Shown here in pieces: positions 47,330 through 56,614 of a DNA stretch of 64,000 nt. The first letter of the stretch is position 1. Each line of letters opens with the position of its first letter. The stretch spans positions 64,001-128,000 of the IMG/VR virus record IMGVR_UViG_3300030107_007542; one strand, given 5' to 3'. A program made the translations under genes and the position numbers. A model generated the notes under the pieces. The model ran no database searches. It saw only the letters and a list, made by a program, of their open reading frames with translations, and was not told the origin of the DNA. This DNA comes from a virus.

Positions 47330-47886
47330 TTCTGCTTTCTCTCTAGCCGCAAAATACGCTCATGAATATCGTGGAGGTGGCTTTCCATATGCCTTGAGTG
47401 CTCTTGAAATGCGGTGCGCAGCATCTGATCTATAACCTCGCGGATCGTCCCTTCCGACAGGGCCGGAGTTGTTGGAGTTGTCTTTTTCTTCATTTTATTA
47501 GTCCCTTCTAATATTTCAGTGGTTGAGTAGGCTCCCACGCGCTCAAAGTAACATACTTCTTTTGCAAACCGTGCTCCTACAATTGGTTTACCCTTCCAGT
47601 CCGAACCCACCACCATATAGGCCGGACGAAAGCGTTTAATACATCTTCCTAATTCTTGTGGTGTTCGAAATATCACCACTTCATCGACGCATCTTAAAGA
47701 GTTTAGCATAGCTTTACGATCTTCTTCAGTATTAAAAGGCCGATCTAAACCCTTATCCTTTTTGACTTTTTGATCTGAATCGATGCCGACCACAAGCCGA
47801 GTGCCCAAAGATTTTGCATATTCCAGCATTTCTATGTGCCCTCGATGAAGAACATCAAAACATCCATTTGTCCATACAGTTGTCAT
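47326..47886 (-). CDS. HldE/RfaE domain II-like sugar-phosphate nucleotidyltransferase with a 55-aa C-terminal extension
   Basis: TNGCFDVLHRGH (HxGH), VGIDSD...KG..RP, VVGSDW, YSTT. Start at 47886 (ATGA overlap). Confidence 0.85.
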   Translation of the reverse strand: MTTVWTNGCFDVLHRGHIEMLEYAKSLGTRLVVGIDSDQKVKKDKGLDRPFNTEEDRKAMLNSLRCVDEVVIFRTPQELGRCIKRFRPAYMVVGSDWKGKPIVGARFAKEVCYFERVGAYSTTEILEGTNKMKKKTTPTTPALSEGTIREVIDQMLRTAFQEHSRHMESHLHDIHERILRLERKQK

Positions 47887-48620
47887 TGGGCTGTGTTGAC
47901 TCCTCGCTTTTGAACCACTTGAGTGGCACATTGATTCGCGTACTCGATTGCCTCACTGATGTCGGGGTTGTGATTATAACTTACAGCAAGAGCTGCCATG
48001 AAGGTGTCTCCCGCTCCCGTAACATCTTTGATCTCCACTTCACTAACTGGGTATGTCACCCCTCCATGAAGGCACCCTTTGGAACCAAGGGTAACAATTA
48101 ATTTTTCCTCAATATCGGGCGTGATGGTGGCTTCTGTTTGTGAAAACTCGTAATTATTTATTTTGATATATTTAATCCCTGCGCAGTACGGGCCCAAGGG
48201 GCGTTTGGTGTCCAGGAAAACCGTATCATGTTGAGAGGCCACATAGGCTATACTTTCTTCTGTCAAGAACCCCTTGCAGTAATCAGATATAACGACAAGG
48301 GCGTATTGTTTGAAATCAATAGCCTTAACATCACAAGGTTCGATAACATCGTCATTGACATCAATGCGAATAAACATCTGATTTGTGTTCTTGTGAATAT
48401 ACCGAGTTTTAATAACATGGGCCCAATTATGGTTTGTTACAATGTCACATTCTGTCCCTAGAGAAACGATGTTTTGTCGGACATTCATAGCCATCCCACA
48501 GTTCTCTACCTGACTAATAGGATTAAACACCGGGGCAGGCGCTTCTGGGCAAAGTCGGTCAACATTGCCATAGCAAAAGACATCCTTACAAGTTTCACCT
48601 ATCACCAATATTTTCTTCAT
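47883..48620 (-). CDS. HldE/RfaE domain I-like PfkB sugar kinase
   Basis: GETCKD...RLCPEAPAPV, GMAMNVRQN, ISDYCKG and the PfkB anion-hole motif DVTGAGDTF. Confidence 0.85.
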   Translation of the reverse strand: MKKILVIGETCKDVFCYGNVDRLCPEAPAPVFNPISQVENCGMAMNVRQNIVSLGTECDIVTNHNWAHVIKTRYIHKNTNQMFIRIDVNDDVIEPCDVKAIDFKQYALVVISDYCKGFLTEESIAYVASQHDTVFLDTKRPLGPYCAGIKYIKINNYEFSQTEATITPDIEEKLIVTLGSKGCLHGGVTYPVSEVEIKDVTGAGDTFMAALAVSYNHNPDISEAIEYANQCATQVVQKRGVNTAQ

Positions 48621-48622
48621 TT

Positions 48623-49630
48623 TTACCTTGACAAAAAATTTCGCCCTGAGCTGACGCGGTCACGCCAATAATCTAAAAGATCCTGCATGGTAGTTTCGAA
48701 CGAAATCTCCGGTGTCCATCCCGTATGAGTAGTAAACTTAGTCGTGTCAGGAACTTGCAGGTCGGCATCGATCGGTCGCAAGCGACTTTGCTCTACTTCG
48801 ACCTGAATTCCTTCCATGGTCGAAAGACCAACCAGATGTTTCAGCATATCTCCCACCGTACAGGAGAATGTTCCTCCGATGTTATAATACTCTCCCCCCG
48901 TAGGATTCACTGTAACAAGCATGTGATACGCGCGGACCGCATCTCGGACATCAGACCAAGTCCTAAGAGAGCTTAGATTTCCTACCTTTATAACAGGGGG
49001 CAATTGGCCGGCCTCAATCATTGCAATTTGTTTTGCAAAAGTAGACTCAGCAAAAACGTCTCCGCGGCGAGGGCCGGTGTGAGTAAACATTCGGGTGGTC
49101 ATCACTGTAAGGCCATATGCCTGTGCATAGTAACGACCAATCAGATCTGTACCCACTTTTGAGATTGCATAAGGCGACGCCGGATGAAATGGTACCTCTT
49201 CATGAATCGGCAGATATTCCTTGGGGACTTGGCCGAAGACTTCAGAAGAGGCGCAAACATGAATAATAGGACGACAATCCGACTTTCGGATTGCATCAAG
49301 AAGCTTGGCGGTCCCTAGGATATTAGTGTTAAGTGTGTCGAGGGGCGCCTCGAAACTTGTTTGAGGGTAACTCTGCGCAGCCAAATGGAACACATAATTT
49401 GGTTCTGTCACTTGAATAGTGTAAATCAGCGAAGACAGATCATTGAGATCTCCGTATACCAATTCCACTCGACCCTTTTTGTTGATCTCTGGAAGGAGAT
49501 GGTTCAAATTGTCTAGGTCGTCATTCCACCGCGCTAGGCCATAGATTTTCCAATCAGTATTAGCTATGAGATAGTCGGCCAAATGAGATCCAACCATCCC
49601 GGTAATACCTGTGATTAATGCTGATGTCAT
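48623..49630 (-). CDS. gmd: GDP-mannose 4,6-dehydratase-like SDR
   Basis: ITGITGMVGSHL, HLAAQS, SSEVFG, PASPYAISK, GNLSSLRTWSDVRD. A Gmd versus Rmd assignment cannot be settled by eye. Confidence 0.75.
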   Translation of the reverse strand: MTSALITGITGMVGSHLADYLIANTDWKIYGLARWNDDLDNLNHLLPEINKKGRVELVYGDLNDLSSLIYTIQVTEPNYVFHLAAQSYPQTSFEAPLDTLNTNILGTAKLLDAIRKSDCRPIIHVCASSEVFGQVPKEYLPIHEEVPFHPASPYAISKVGTDLIGRYYAQAYGLTVMTTRMFTHTGPRRGDVFAESTFAKQIAMIEAGQLPPVIKVGNLSSLRTWSDVRDAVRAYHMLVTVNPTGGEYYNIGGTFSCTVGDMLKHLVGLSTMEGIQVEVEQSRLRPIDADLQVPDTTKFTTHTGWTPEISFETTMQDLLDYWRDRVSSGRNFLSR

Positions 49631-50580
49631 AGAATGTTCTCCTTATACCAGGCTAATGTGCGTTTAATACCCTCATCGAGTGAGATTTGTGGCGACCATC
49701 CCAATTCGCGCGAAGCTTTTGTGCAATCCAGAAACAAACTTGTTTTGATAGTAGGTTTTGAAAGGTCATGCTTTATAGCGAGGGTGCGGCCTGAGGTGCT
49801 GATTATCTTCTTTACAAGATCCACAACTGGGACGGCTGCTCCTAGGCCCACATTAAATAGCCCAAAAGGTGCTTTTTGGTGGGTTAGGGCTGCGTCAACA
49901 AAATTAACCAAGTCATCAACGTGGAGAAGATCGCGCTCTTCCTCACCTGTACCCCACACATTTACGATACCAGTTTCATTGGTCATCACCTTGGTAACTG
50001 TAGCACCAAAAACATGGCTGCGCTCTAGATCGTACTTGTCGTAAGGACCATACATATTAGAGTGTCGCATCACAGTGTGGGTGGTTCGTCCCAAGCCCGC
50101 ATAGAATTCACACATCTTCTCAATGTAAATCTTTGTGTTCCCTACTCCAAAATAGCGATCAAGAAGTCGCTTATTACCATCGAAGTCTTCCTCTGTGGTT
50201 GGGTCTTCTTTGGGTTGGTACATTACAGTACAACTCGGAAATACAAAATGTTCAACCTCGAAGTCAAAAGCCGCTCTCAAAAGCAGCGAGTTCATAACAG
50301 CATTATCAGTAACATGTATGTATGGTCGATTAACTATATCATTTGCGCCCGACGTAGTGGCCGCAAACTGGAGTATGATGTCAACCCCTTCAGTGACACG
50401 TCGAACATCTGCCTCATTGTTCAGGTCTGCCTTTACCCACTCTACATTGTACTGTGTAAGTGCTGGTCTCTTATTCCAGACTGCGCGTACATGGTAGCGT
50501 TCGTCGTCAACATACCTTTCTAATAGGTTTCGTCCGATAAACCCTGTAGCGCCGCATAACAGTAGTGTCTTCTTACTCAT
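49627..50580 (-). CDS. GDP-fucose-synthase-like NAD(P)-dependent epimerase/reductase (atypical active site)
   Basis: GATGFIG, NMYGPYDKYDLERSHV, VWGTGEEERDLLHVDD; the YxxxK position reads VGNTK. Confidence 0.75.
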   Translation of the reverse strand: MSKKTLLLCGATGFIGRNLLERYVDDERYHVRAVWNKRPALTQYNVEWVKADLNNEADVRRVTEGVDIILQFAATTSGANDIVNRPYIHVTDNAVMNSLLLRAAFDFEVEHFVFPSCTVMYQPKEDPTTEEDFDGNKRLLDRYFGVGNTKIYIEKMCEFYAGLGRTTHTVMRHSNMYGPYDKYDLERSHVFGATVTKVMTNETGIVNVWGTGEEERDLLHVDDLVNFVDAALTHQKAPFGLFNVGLGAAVPVVDLVKKIISTSGRTLAIKHDLSKPTIKTSLFLDCTKASRELGWSPQISLDEGIKRTLAWYKENIL

Positions 50581-51298
50581 AATAATTCCTTAAAAACAAC
50601 TCTACCACATCGCTCGAAGTCCGTTCGGGATAAGGGTAAAGATTCTCCACCTCTATAAGATCATTCAAGCTTGTTTCGTATGTATAATGTCCAAATCTTA
50701 CGTTTTTATTATAGTGTTCCGCCAAGTCCAGTAGCCTCACACCCTCAGATGCTACAAAATTGTACGTACCTGATCGGGCAAGGAGTTCATCGTTGGTAAC
50801 TGCTTCTAATATATCATTTTGTAATACATAATTAAAGATTGATTCTGAATGAAGGGTTAATTCCTTCTCCTCCATCAAGCGAATTAAAGAATTCTTTCTC
50901 ATCGTAGGCCCCAAAATAGCTGGTAACCTGAGAATCAATGCGTCGGCCTGTCGCTTTGTGATAAAATCTTCTGCGCAGCGCTTCATGAAGCTATAAGGAG
51001 TAAAAGATCCATATACATCAATACTGGAAAAATACACAAATTTAACGCTATACAAATATAATAAATCTTCGGTTAAGAAAATGTTGTCTTCTATGTATTG
51101 ACTATAATCTGTAACATCTCTTTTGGTATTAAAGGCGGCATGTAATACTACCAAATTTTCAGCCTTTTCAGCAGCATCTAAAATCTCATATTTATTATCA
51201 CGTGAAAGACCAAGAGCCCCGGGAAGGTTTTCATAAAGAAATTTCCCGAGGCCCGATCCTACTCCTGTAATAAGATATGTTTTATTTTCGGAAGGCAT
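50573..51298 (-). CDS. Short NAD-dependent epimerase/reductase (SDR)
   Basis: ITGVGSGLG, FSSIDVYG, YSFMK (YxxxK), LRLPAILG. Confidence 0.7.
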   Translation of the reverse strand: MPSENKTYLITGVGSGLGKFLYENLPGALGLSRDNKYEILDAAEKAENLVVLHAAFNTKRDVTDYSQYIEDNIFLTEDLLYLYSVKFVYFSSIDVYGSFTPYSFMKRCAEDFITKRQADALILRLPAILGPTMRKNSLIRLMEEKELTLHSESIFNYVLQNDILEAVTNDELLARSGTYNFVASEGVRLLDLAEHYNKNVRFGHYTYETSLNDLIEVENLYPYPERTSSDVVELFLRNYYE

Positions 51299-52250
51299 TG
51301 TGTCGATTATCTACAATCTCCTGGTTCTCCTTGAACCATTTAATGGTGTCTACGATTCCCTCTTCGATACTAACAGTTGGTTCGAAGCCGTGGGACTTTG
51401 CGCGAGTCATGTCAAACACCCTGCGTGCATCGCCTGTGGGCTTTGTTGTATCCCATCGTACCTCGATGTCTTTACCGCAGTGCTTGACTACTAGATCCAC
51501 AATGGTCTTAATTTGCACTCCATCGCCGGAGCCTAAATTAATAGGGTCCGTAACCCCGTTCTCCACCGCGTGTAGCATACCTAGTGCAACATCCCGGGAA
51601 TGAATAAAGTCCCTAATAGGAGACCCGTCGCCCCATACTTCAAGGTGGTCATTCTCTAGGGCCTTACGCACCAGTGATGGAACTACCATAGCATTCTCAG
51701 GGTCAAAGTTGTCGTATGGACCATACACGTTTGCCGGCCGGACTATAGAAACGCAGTCCCAACCGTACTGTATGGAATACGCCTGTGCTTGTAGCTCCCC
51801 GATCCTCTTGGCCCAACCAGCAAAGCGGTCGTTATCAGAGGGAAAAGTACTCCACACATCATCTTCCTTAAAAACCTCAGCTGGGTGATATACCCCAACA
51901 CTGCTAGTATAGAGGTACCACTTAACTCCTTGGGCTCGTGCAGCCTCCATCATGTTGGTATTAAACTGCAACATTGGTACCATGAAGTCTGCTGGTTGTT
52001 CTCGGCACATCTTGGGTGAACCCTTAACTCCGACGAGGTTGAAAACGTAGTCCATCCCCTCACAAATCTCCAGACACTTATCAAAGTATCGCAAGTCTGC
52101 CTTAACAAACTGTACACTCTCTGGGAGTCCCTGTGGGGTATCTAGTGAGACTACATATACCTGGGCTCCTCTCTCCACTAGCAAATCTACTAGAGGCCGG
52201 CCTATCATCCCAGTACCCCCTGTTACTAATACCTTTTGTCCCTCAAACAT
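51282..52250 (-). CDS. GDP-fucose-synthase-like epimerase/reductase (atypical active site)
   Basis: VTGGTGMIG, PANVYGPYDNF, VWGDGSPIRDFIHSRD; the YxxxK position reads AGWAK. Confidence 0.75.
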   Translation of the reverse strand: MFEGQKVLVTGGTGMIGRPLVDLLVERGAQVYVVSLDTPQGLPESVQFVKADLRYFDKCLEICEGMDYVFNLVGVKGSPKMCREQPADFMVPMLQFNTNMMEAARAQGVKWYLYTSSVGVYHPAEVFKEDDVWSTFPSDNDRFAGWAKRIGELQAQAYSIQYGWDCVSIVRPANVYGPYDNFDPENAMVVPSLVRKALENDHLEVWGDGSPIRDFIHSRDVALGMLHAVENGVTDPINLGSGDGVQIKTIVDLVVKHCGKDIEVRWDTTKPTGDARRVFDMTRAKSHGFEPTVSIEEGIVDTIKWFKENQEIVDNRHNAFRK

Positions 52251-53424
52251 TGTTTATCCTTTCACACAAGTCAATTATTTGTTCTCTCGTTAAGTCAATA
52301 TGATTTCCCACATATAAACTAAAGTCATGGATGTGGTCGGCTACGTCCAGACGACCCACAATCTTATATTCATAGAGTCCTTCTCTCAGGTATGGCTGGC
52401 GGGCCTGGTTGCCCCCTCCTGCCGTACCGAGGCGATACTCTACCCCAACCTCCTCTAGGACGCCTGCAATGCGGCAGAGAAGCTCCTTGTCCGTCTCCTG
52501 CAGGATTAAGGGTAGTGCAAAGTTACTATTACCCTCTAGTGCATAGTCGGTGAAGAACCGCTGGGAGTTTAGGTGTGAAACCCAGCATTCCAAATTCTCA
52601 ACGCGGCGAGCGATATTTGAATCAAGCCGTTGCAGCTGTTCCAGTCCCAGGACTGCGTTCATCTCCATGCTGCGTAGATTATATCCGGGCACAGCAAAAG
52701 TAAAGAGAGGATTGAGATCTGGATAATTCTTCTTATAACGATCTTGGAAAGCCGGAGATGCCTCGCGGGTCATACCATGGGATCGAAACAAACGCGCGTA
52801 CTCATGGATCTCCGGGTTATTTGTGCAAACAACGCCGCCTTCAATTGTTGTGATGTGGTGGCCAAAATAAAACGAGAAGTTAGACATATCACCGAAGGCG
52901 CCAATTTTCTCACCATTGTATGTGGCCCCATGAGATTCACAACAGTCCTCAATCAACAGAATGTTGTATCGATCAGCTAGTTCTCGTAGCTCAGTTGACA
53001 TGGCGTTAAAGCCCATCGCATGCACCAAAACAATAGCCTTTGTGTAGGGGGTGACTGCTTCTTGGATATTCTCAAACGTCATTGAAAAATTGCTTTTATC
53101 AACATCAACAAAAACAGGCGTCATCCCTAGATTAACCACAGGAGCAATATCCGAAACCCAACCAATGGGAGGCACAATAACCTCCCCAACTCCTTTAAGC
53201 TCTTTAACGATTGACATCATGATATAGTTGGCCGAGGCGCCCGAATTTACAAACGTGGTGTGATTGACCTGCAACCACTCAGACCACTTGCTTTCAAACT
53301 CTCGTACCTTGGGTCCATTTGTAAAACGAACGTTAGGGGTCTTAATAAAATCAATCAAAGCCTGCTTATCAGACTCAGTAATGTTGTCATTAATCAAAGG
53401 CCACGTAAATTTATTTGGTGCCAT
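52243..53424 (-). CDS. ColD-like PLP-dependent GDP-4-keto-6-deoxymannose 3-dehydratase (DegT family, His-type)
   Basis: WPL, VNSGASAN, IEDCCESHGA, and FSFYFGHHITTIEGG with His at the usual Lys position. Start at 53424 with SD GGAG. Confidence 0.75.
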   Translation of the reverse strand: MAPNKFTWPLINDNITESDKQALIDFIKTPNVRFTNGPKVREFESKWSEWLQVNHTTFVNSGASANYIMMSIVKELKGVGEVIVPPIGWVSDIAPVVNLGMTPVFVDVDKSNFSMTFENIQEAVTPYTKAIVLVHAMGFNAMSTELRELADRYNILLIEDCCESHGATYNGEKIGAFGDMSNFSFYFGHHITTIEGGVVCTNNPEIHEYARLFRSHGMTREASPAFQDRYKKNYPDLNPLFTFAVPGYNLRSMEMNAVLGLEQLQRLDSNIARRVENLECWVSHLNSQRFFTDYALEGNSNFALPLILQETDKELLCRIAGVLEEVGVEYRLGTAGGGNQARQPYLREGLYEYKIVGRLDVADHIHDFSLYVGNHIDLTREQIIDLCERINNV

Positions 53425-53947
53425 AATATTCTCCATATTCAACTATAAGAGTGGGTCGAGCGTCGTCTCGTTCGTAGGCTTTCTGAAAGGCCGGAAAGAT
53501 CTCTTCTGGCTCCTTAAGCTCAACCACATCCACATAAGTGAGCATTTTCCGAAATGCCTCAGTATGGTTCTGGGTATGCTGAGGGCCGGCGTCAATGGGT
53601 GTTTTCGCTCCAATAGCCACTCTAATGATAACGCGTGGGCGCATATCCCCGGACGACATTACATTAATCTTATCCAAATGATTCACAAGCTGGTTACACG
53701 CCAAAATAAAGAAATCAAAACGAGGATACATTGTAATCGGAACAAGACCCGTAAGGGCCATGCCCGTAGACAGCCCCAATTGTGTCTCTTCAAAGACCGG
53801 TAGTTCTACACGCTTGTCCAAGGGGACATTCACCAGTGTGCTAGAAATAGCGTGACCGCTAACGCGGCATGCCTGCCCCAGAAAGATTGTGTCTTTCTGT
53901 TGCCCAAGCCAGTCCATAGACCGGATTAATTCATCGCGATATTTCAT
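53411..53947 (-). CDS. Truncated ThDP-enzyme E1 beta-like subunit (pyrimidine-binding domain only, 178 aa)
   Basis: ELPVFEETQLGLSTGMALTG, PRFDFFILACNQLVNHLDK, GPQHTQ; no transketolase C-terminal domain. Confidence 0.75.
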   Translation of the reverse strand: MKYRDELIRSMDWLGQQKDTIFLGQACRVSGHAISSTLVNVPLDKRVELPVFEETQLGLSTGMALTGLVPITMYPRFDFFILACNQLVNHLDKINVMSSGDMRPRVIIRVAIGAKTPIDAGPQHTQNHTEAFRKMLTYVDVVELKEPEEIFPAFQKAYERDDARPTLIVEYGEYYGTK

Positions 53948-53949
53948 AA

Positions 53950-54582
53950 CTAAAAATTCACCCATTTTCCAGTACCATGATGGGGGTATTCCATCTCGTA
54001 CGCATAATATATAACATCATCTGGAATGGGTTGTTTGACCCCCCACGCCATATCCGTCGGAGTGTGGACGCTCATATTGTTATCTTCAATAACCCACTGC
54101 AAGGGAAGGTCAAAGTTTTTGGCATATTTATAGCTTTCATAAAATACGCCCCCTTCGGCGGTCATATCTCCAACAAAACACCACACTCGGTTGGGCGATT
54201 TAAGCTTCTTTAGGCCAGCTGCAGCGCCCAGGGCCATCGGGATAATCCCTCCAACAATCGAAGATGCATAAAAATTAGGATTGACGTTGTTCGTTCCCAT
54301 GCTGTGTCCTTTGACAATGTTCGCAAACAGCTTATCTTCGGGGACACCGTGTAACAAGGCGTGATAATGATTTCGCCAGGGAACAAAAACCCAGTCTTTC
54401 TCGCTTACGTGTTGAAAAATCTCAATGAGTTGTTCCTCATTGTTTTTTGCTAGGTGAATAGGGCCAGCTATTTCTCCGGCCTCGTACTTGTCTCGCACTC
54501 GCGACTCAAAATCTATAAGTTCTTGAGCGGTGTACAACGGTTCCCGAACCTTCTTCAGATGTGATGGTATTTTTAGTGTCAT
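53950..54582 (-). CDS. Truncated ThDP-enzyme E1 alpha-like subunit (210 aa)
   Basis: GPIHL...NEEQL, WRNHYHALLHG, SSIVGG and the ThDP motif GDMTAEGG...EDNN. Confidence 0.78.
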   Translation of the reverse strand: MTLKIPSHLKKVREPLYTAQELIDFESRVRDKYEAGEIAGPIHLAKNNEEQLIEIFQHVSEKDWVFVPWRNHYHALLHGVPEDKLFANIVKGHSMGTNNVNPNFYASSIVGGIIPMALGAAAGLKKLKSPNRVWCFVGDMTAEGGVFYESYKYAKNFDLPLQWVIEDNNMSVHTPTDMAWGVKQPIPDDVIYYAYEMEYPHHGTGKWVNF

Positions 54583-55058
54583 TATTTATCTCTCGGTTGT
54601 AAAATAGGGTTATCAATTGGCCAGTCAATATTCCAGGAAGAATCGTCCCACTTAATGGTGAACTGATCGTTAACATCTGGGTATGATCCAGGGTACAACC
54701 ACTTATAGTGGAACACCGATTCATCGCTCAGGACCAGAAATCCATTTCCAACGCCCGGGGGCAAAAGAACTTGTTTGCGACTTCTTGAATCTAGTATCAT
54801 CGAATCCCATTGTTTATTCGTTGAAGAAGTGGGTCGTGGATCAGCTACCACAAAGTATAGTTCCCCGTATAAGCAGGTCACTAGCTTCCAAGATTTTTGG
54901 TCGCCATGAATTCCCCGTAGGACATTGCGTCGCGAAGTTGAGACTTTATCATGATTGAAATTGAACCTGTGCGTATCAGAATTCCATAAAGTCCAAAGAT
55001 CTCCTCTATAGTCTGTGTACACATCTGGCTGCATAACTTCAACGCCTTCAATCTTCAT
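54582..55058 (-). CDS. rmlC: dTDP-4-dehydrorhamnose 3,5-epimerase family (RmlC-like cupin)
   Basis: DYRG, STSRRNVLRGIH, KLVTC, LLPPGVGNGFLVLSD, IKWDD. Confidence 0.85.
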   Translation of the reverse strand: MKIEGVEVMQPDVYTDYRGDLWTLWNSDTHRFNFNHDKVSTSRRNVLRGIHGDQKSWKLVTCLYGELYFVVADPRPTSSTNKQWDSMILDSRSRKQVLLPPGVGNGFLVLSDESVFHYKWLYPGSYPDVNDQFTIKWDDSSWNIDWPIDNPILQPRDK

Positions 55059-55467
55059 TATCGCTCCAGCTAATCTCCCAATCTTTAAACTCGGCCGCCA
55101 AACAATCTATTTTATAATCCTTACGGCCGCCGGCGAGTTCTTGGATCTTGTTCTTTGCTGTATTTCGAATACCATTAAGCCCATGGGTCAGTTCCAGATT
55201 ATTGCCATCCCTGATCCCTTTCCGGTAGTTTGACTCATTATGCCAAATATGTAAATTCATCTGCGATAGAACAACTATCGCCCGCACAACCTCAGCATTT
55301 ATTTCTTCGGCTTCGTTCAAACACACATCGATATCGTGACAAATGTCTTTAATTTCCTGTGCGTATTCCTCTTTATGGTCTGTTATAAAGACTTCTTTCA
55401 GCTGGGTGATAGACAGCCGGTCAACCAGTTCAGCTAAAGTGGGAAGGTATTTTCGTTCACTTGTCAT
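55048..55467 (-). CDS. Hypothetical helical protein (DUF4254-like)
   Basis: LAELVDRLSITQLK and IWHNE motifs; within the sugar cluster. Confidence 0.45.
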   Translation of the reverse strand: MTSERKYLPTLAELVDRLSITQLKEVFITDHKEEYAQEIKDICHDIDVCLNEAEEINAEVVRAIVVLSQMNLHIWHNESNYRKGIRDGNNLELTHGLNGIRNTAKNKIQELAGGRKDYKIDCLAAEFKDWEISWSDNED

Positions 55468-56320
55468 TCAAAGTCCTTTGTAGATTATCAGCAAATGTGT
55501 CGGCCATTGACATATAGTTTTTGGCAGTCTCAAAGTTTTCCTTCACTGCATCATATCTTTTATGATACTCTTCTGGCGATAAATTGTCAAGTATTTTAAA
55601 TAATTCTTTTCCATCATTAAACGACAGAATTCCATCAGTATTGAAATACTCCCCTATGTTATCACATCCCCAGAAAATTGGAATGGTGCCATGCCTGAAC
55701 ACGTCGACCAAGGTTTCCGTAAAATAGTTGTCCTGCTTTGAGTTCATAACCGTTATGCTAAAATAATAATCTTTAAGCGGCTCCGTCTTACCCTCTTGTT
55801 GAGCAGCGCCAGTACCAATCTCAGGGTTGCCCCATGGGCGATAAGCTTCGCCCCACAAGTCAACATCATAGCGGTCCTGGACCGAGCTGGCAACTACATG
55901 GCGTAACCGATGGCCTACGGTCCAGTTCTTTTTAGACGCTATTAGAGACATAAGCTTAGTCTTGTCATGTAGACCCGCATCAGCATCAGCTACTCGCGAG
56001 GATGCAATAATACTCTTAACATATTTTGGACCTCTATCCAGAAGAGTTTGATCAAACGTAAAGATATGATCAAATTTATGCTCCGTCTGAAGTATGTGAT
56101 CATAGGCAAACGGATGAACTTCCCGGCACTCTAAAATCCAAGCAACCTTTTTAGTGCACTGTACCTTATCTACCCACGGTGACAATAAGTCCTTATCAGT
56201 AAAGACCGCAGGACCATCAAATGCTGGCTGACCATGAACCCACTCAATCTTCTCCTGCGAGTGTTCCTTATACCCTTCTGGCGTAAGACTATCAAATAAA
56301 TTGGCTCTAAAGGTCGTCAT
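55457..56320 (-). CDS. Glycosyltransferase family 10-like (fucosyltransferase fold)
   Basis: SLIASKK...GHRLRH and LKDYYFSITVMNSKQDNYFTETLVDVFRHGTIPIFWG. Probable start at 56320. Confidence 0.7.
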   Translation of the reverse strand: MTTFRANLFDSLTPEGYKEHSQEKIEWVHGQPAFDGPAVFTDKDLLSPWVDKVQCTKKVAWILECREVHPFAYDHILQTEHKFDHIFTFDQTLLDRGPKYVKSIIASSRVADADAGLHDKTKLMSLIASKKNWTVGHRLRHVVASSVQDRYDVDLWGEAYRPWGNPEIGTGAAQQEGKTEPLKDYYFSITVMNSKQDNYFTETLVDVFRHGTIPIFWGCDNIGEYFNTDGILSFNDGKELFKILDNLSPEEYHKRYDAVKENFETAKNYMSMADTFADNLQRTLNDK

Positions 56321-56612
56321 CAAAAAAGTCCCTGCTATTAATGGCTTTATCATCAATAAAAATGTCGTAATGAGGCTTCCCTAGTTTAAGTTCATGATGT
56401 TTAGCTCCCCACTCTTCTAACTGGTTGGTTGTTAGCTCAGTCCAGTCCCGGCCTGTTACACCGCCGCGAGCAGTCCAATAAACTATAGTATGACCGTCGT
56501 CATATAACTCATTAATTTTTTTGATGTTCTCGCGGAGAGGCTTTGCATCCGGATAATATCTTTCTCCAGCATAGAAACAAATTGTTTCATCTATATCCAC
56601 GTAATATATCAT
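56307..56612 (-). CDS. Small HAD-superfamily phosphatase (capsule biosynthesis phosphatase-like)
   Basis: YVDIDETI, YWTARG, GKPHYDIFIDDK. Confidence 0.8.
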   Translation of the reverse strand: MIYYVDIDETICFYAGERYYPDAKPLRENIKKINELYDDGHTIVYWTARGGVTGRDWTELTTNQLEEWGAKHHELKLGKPHYDIFIDDKAINSRDFFDDDL

Positions 56613-56614
56613 TC

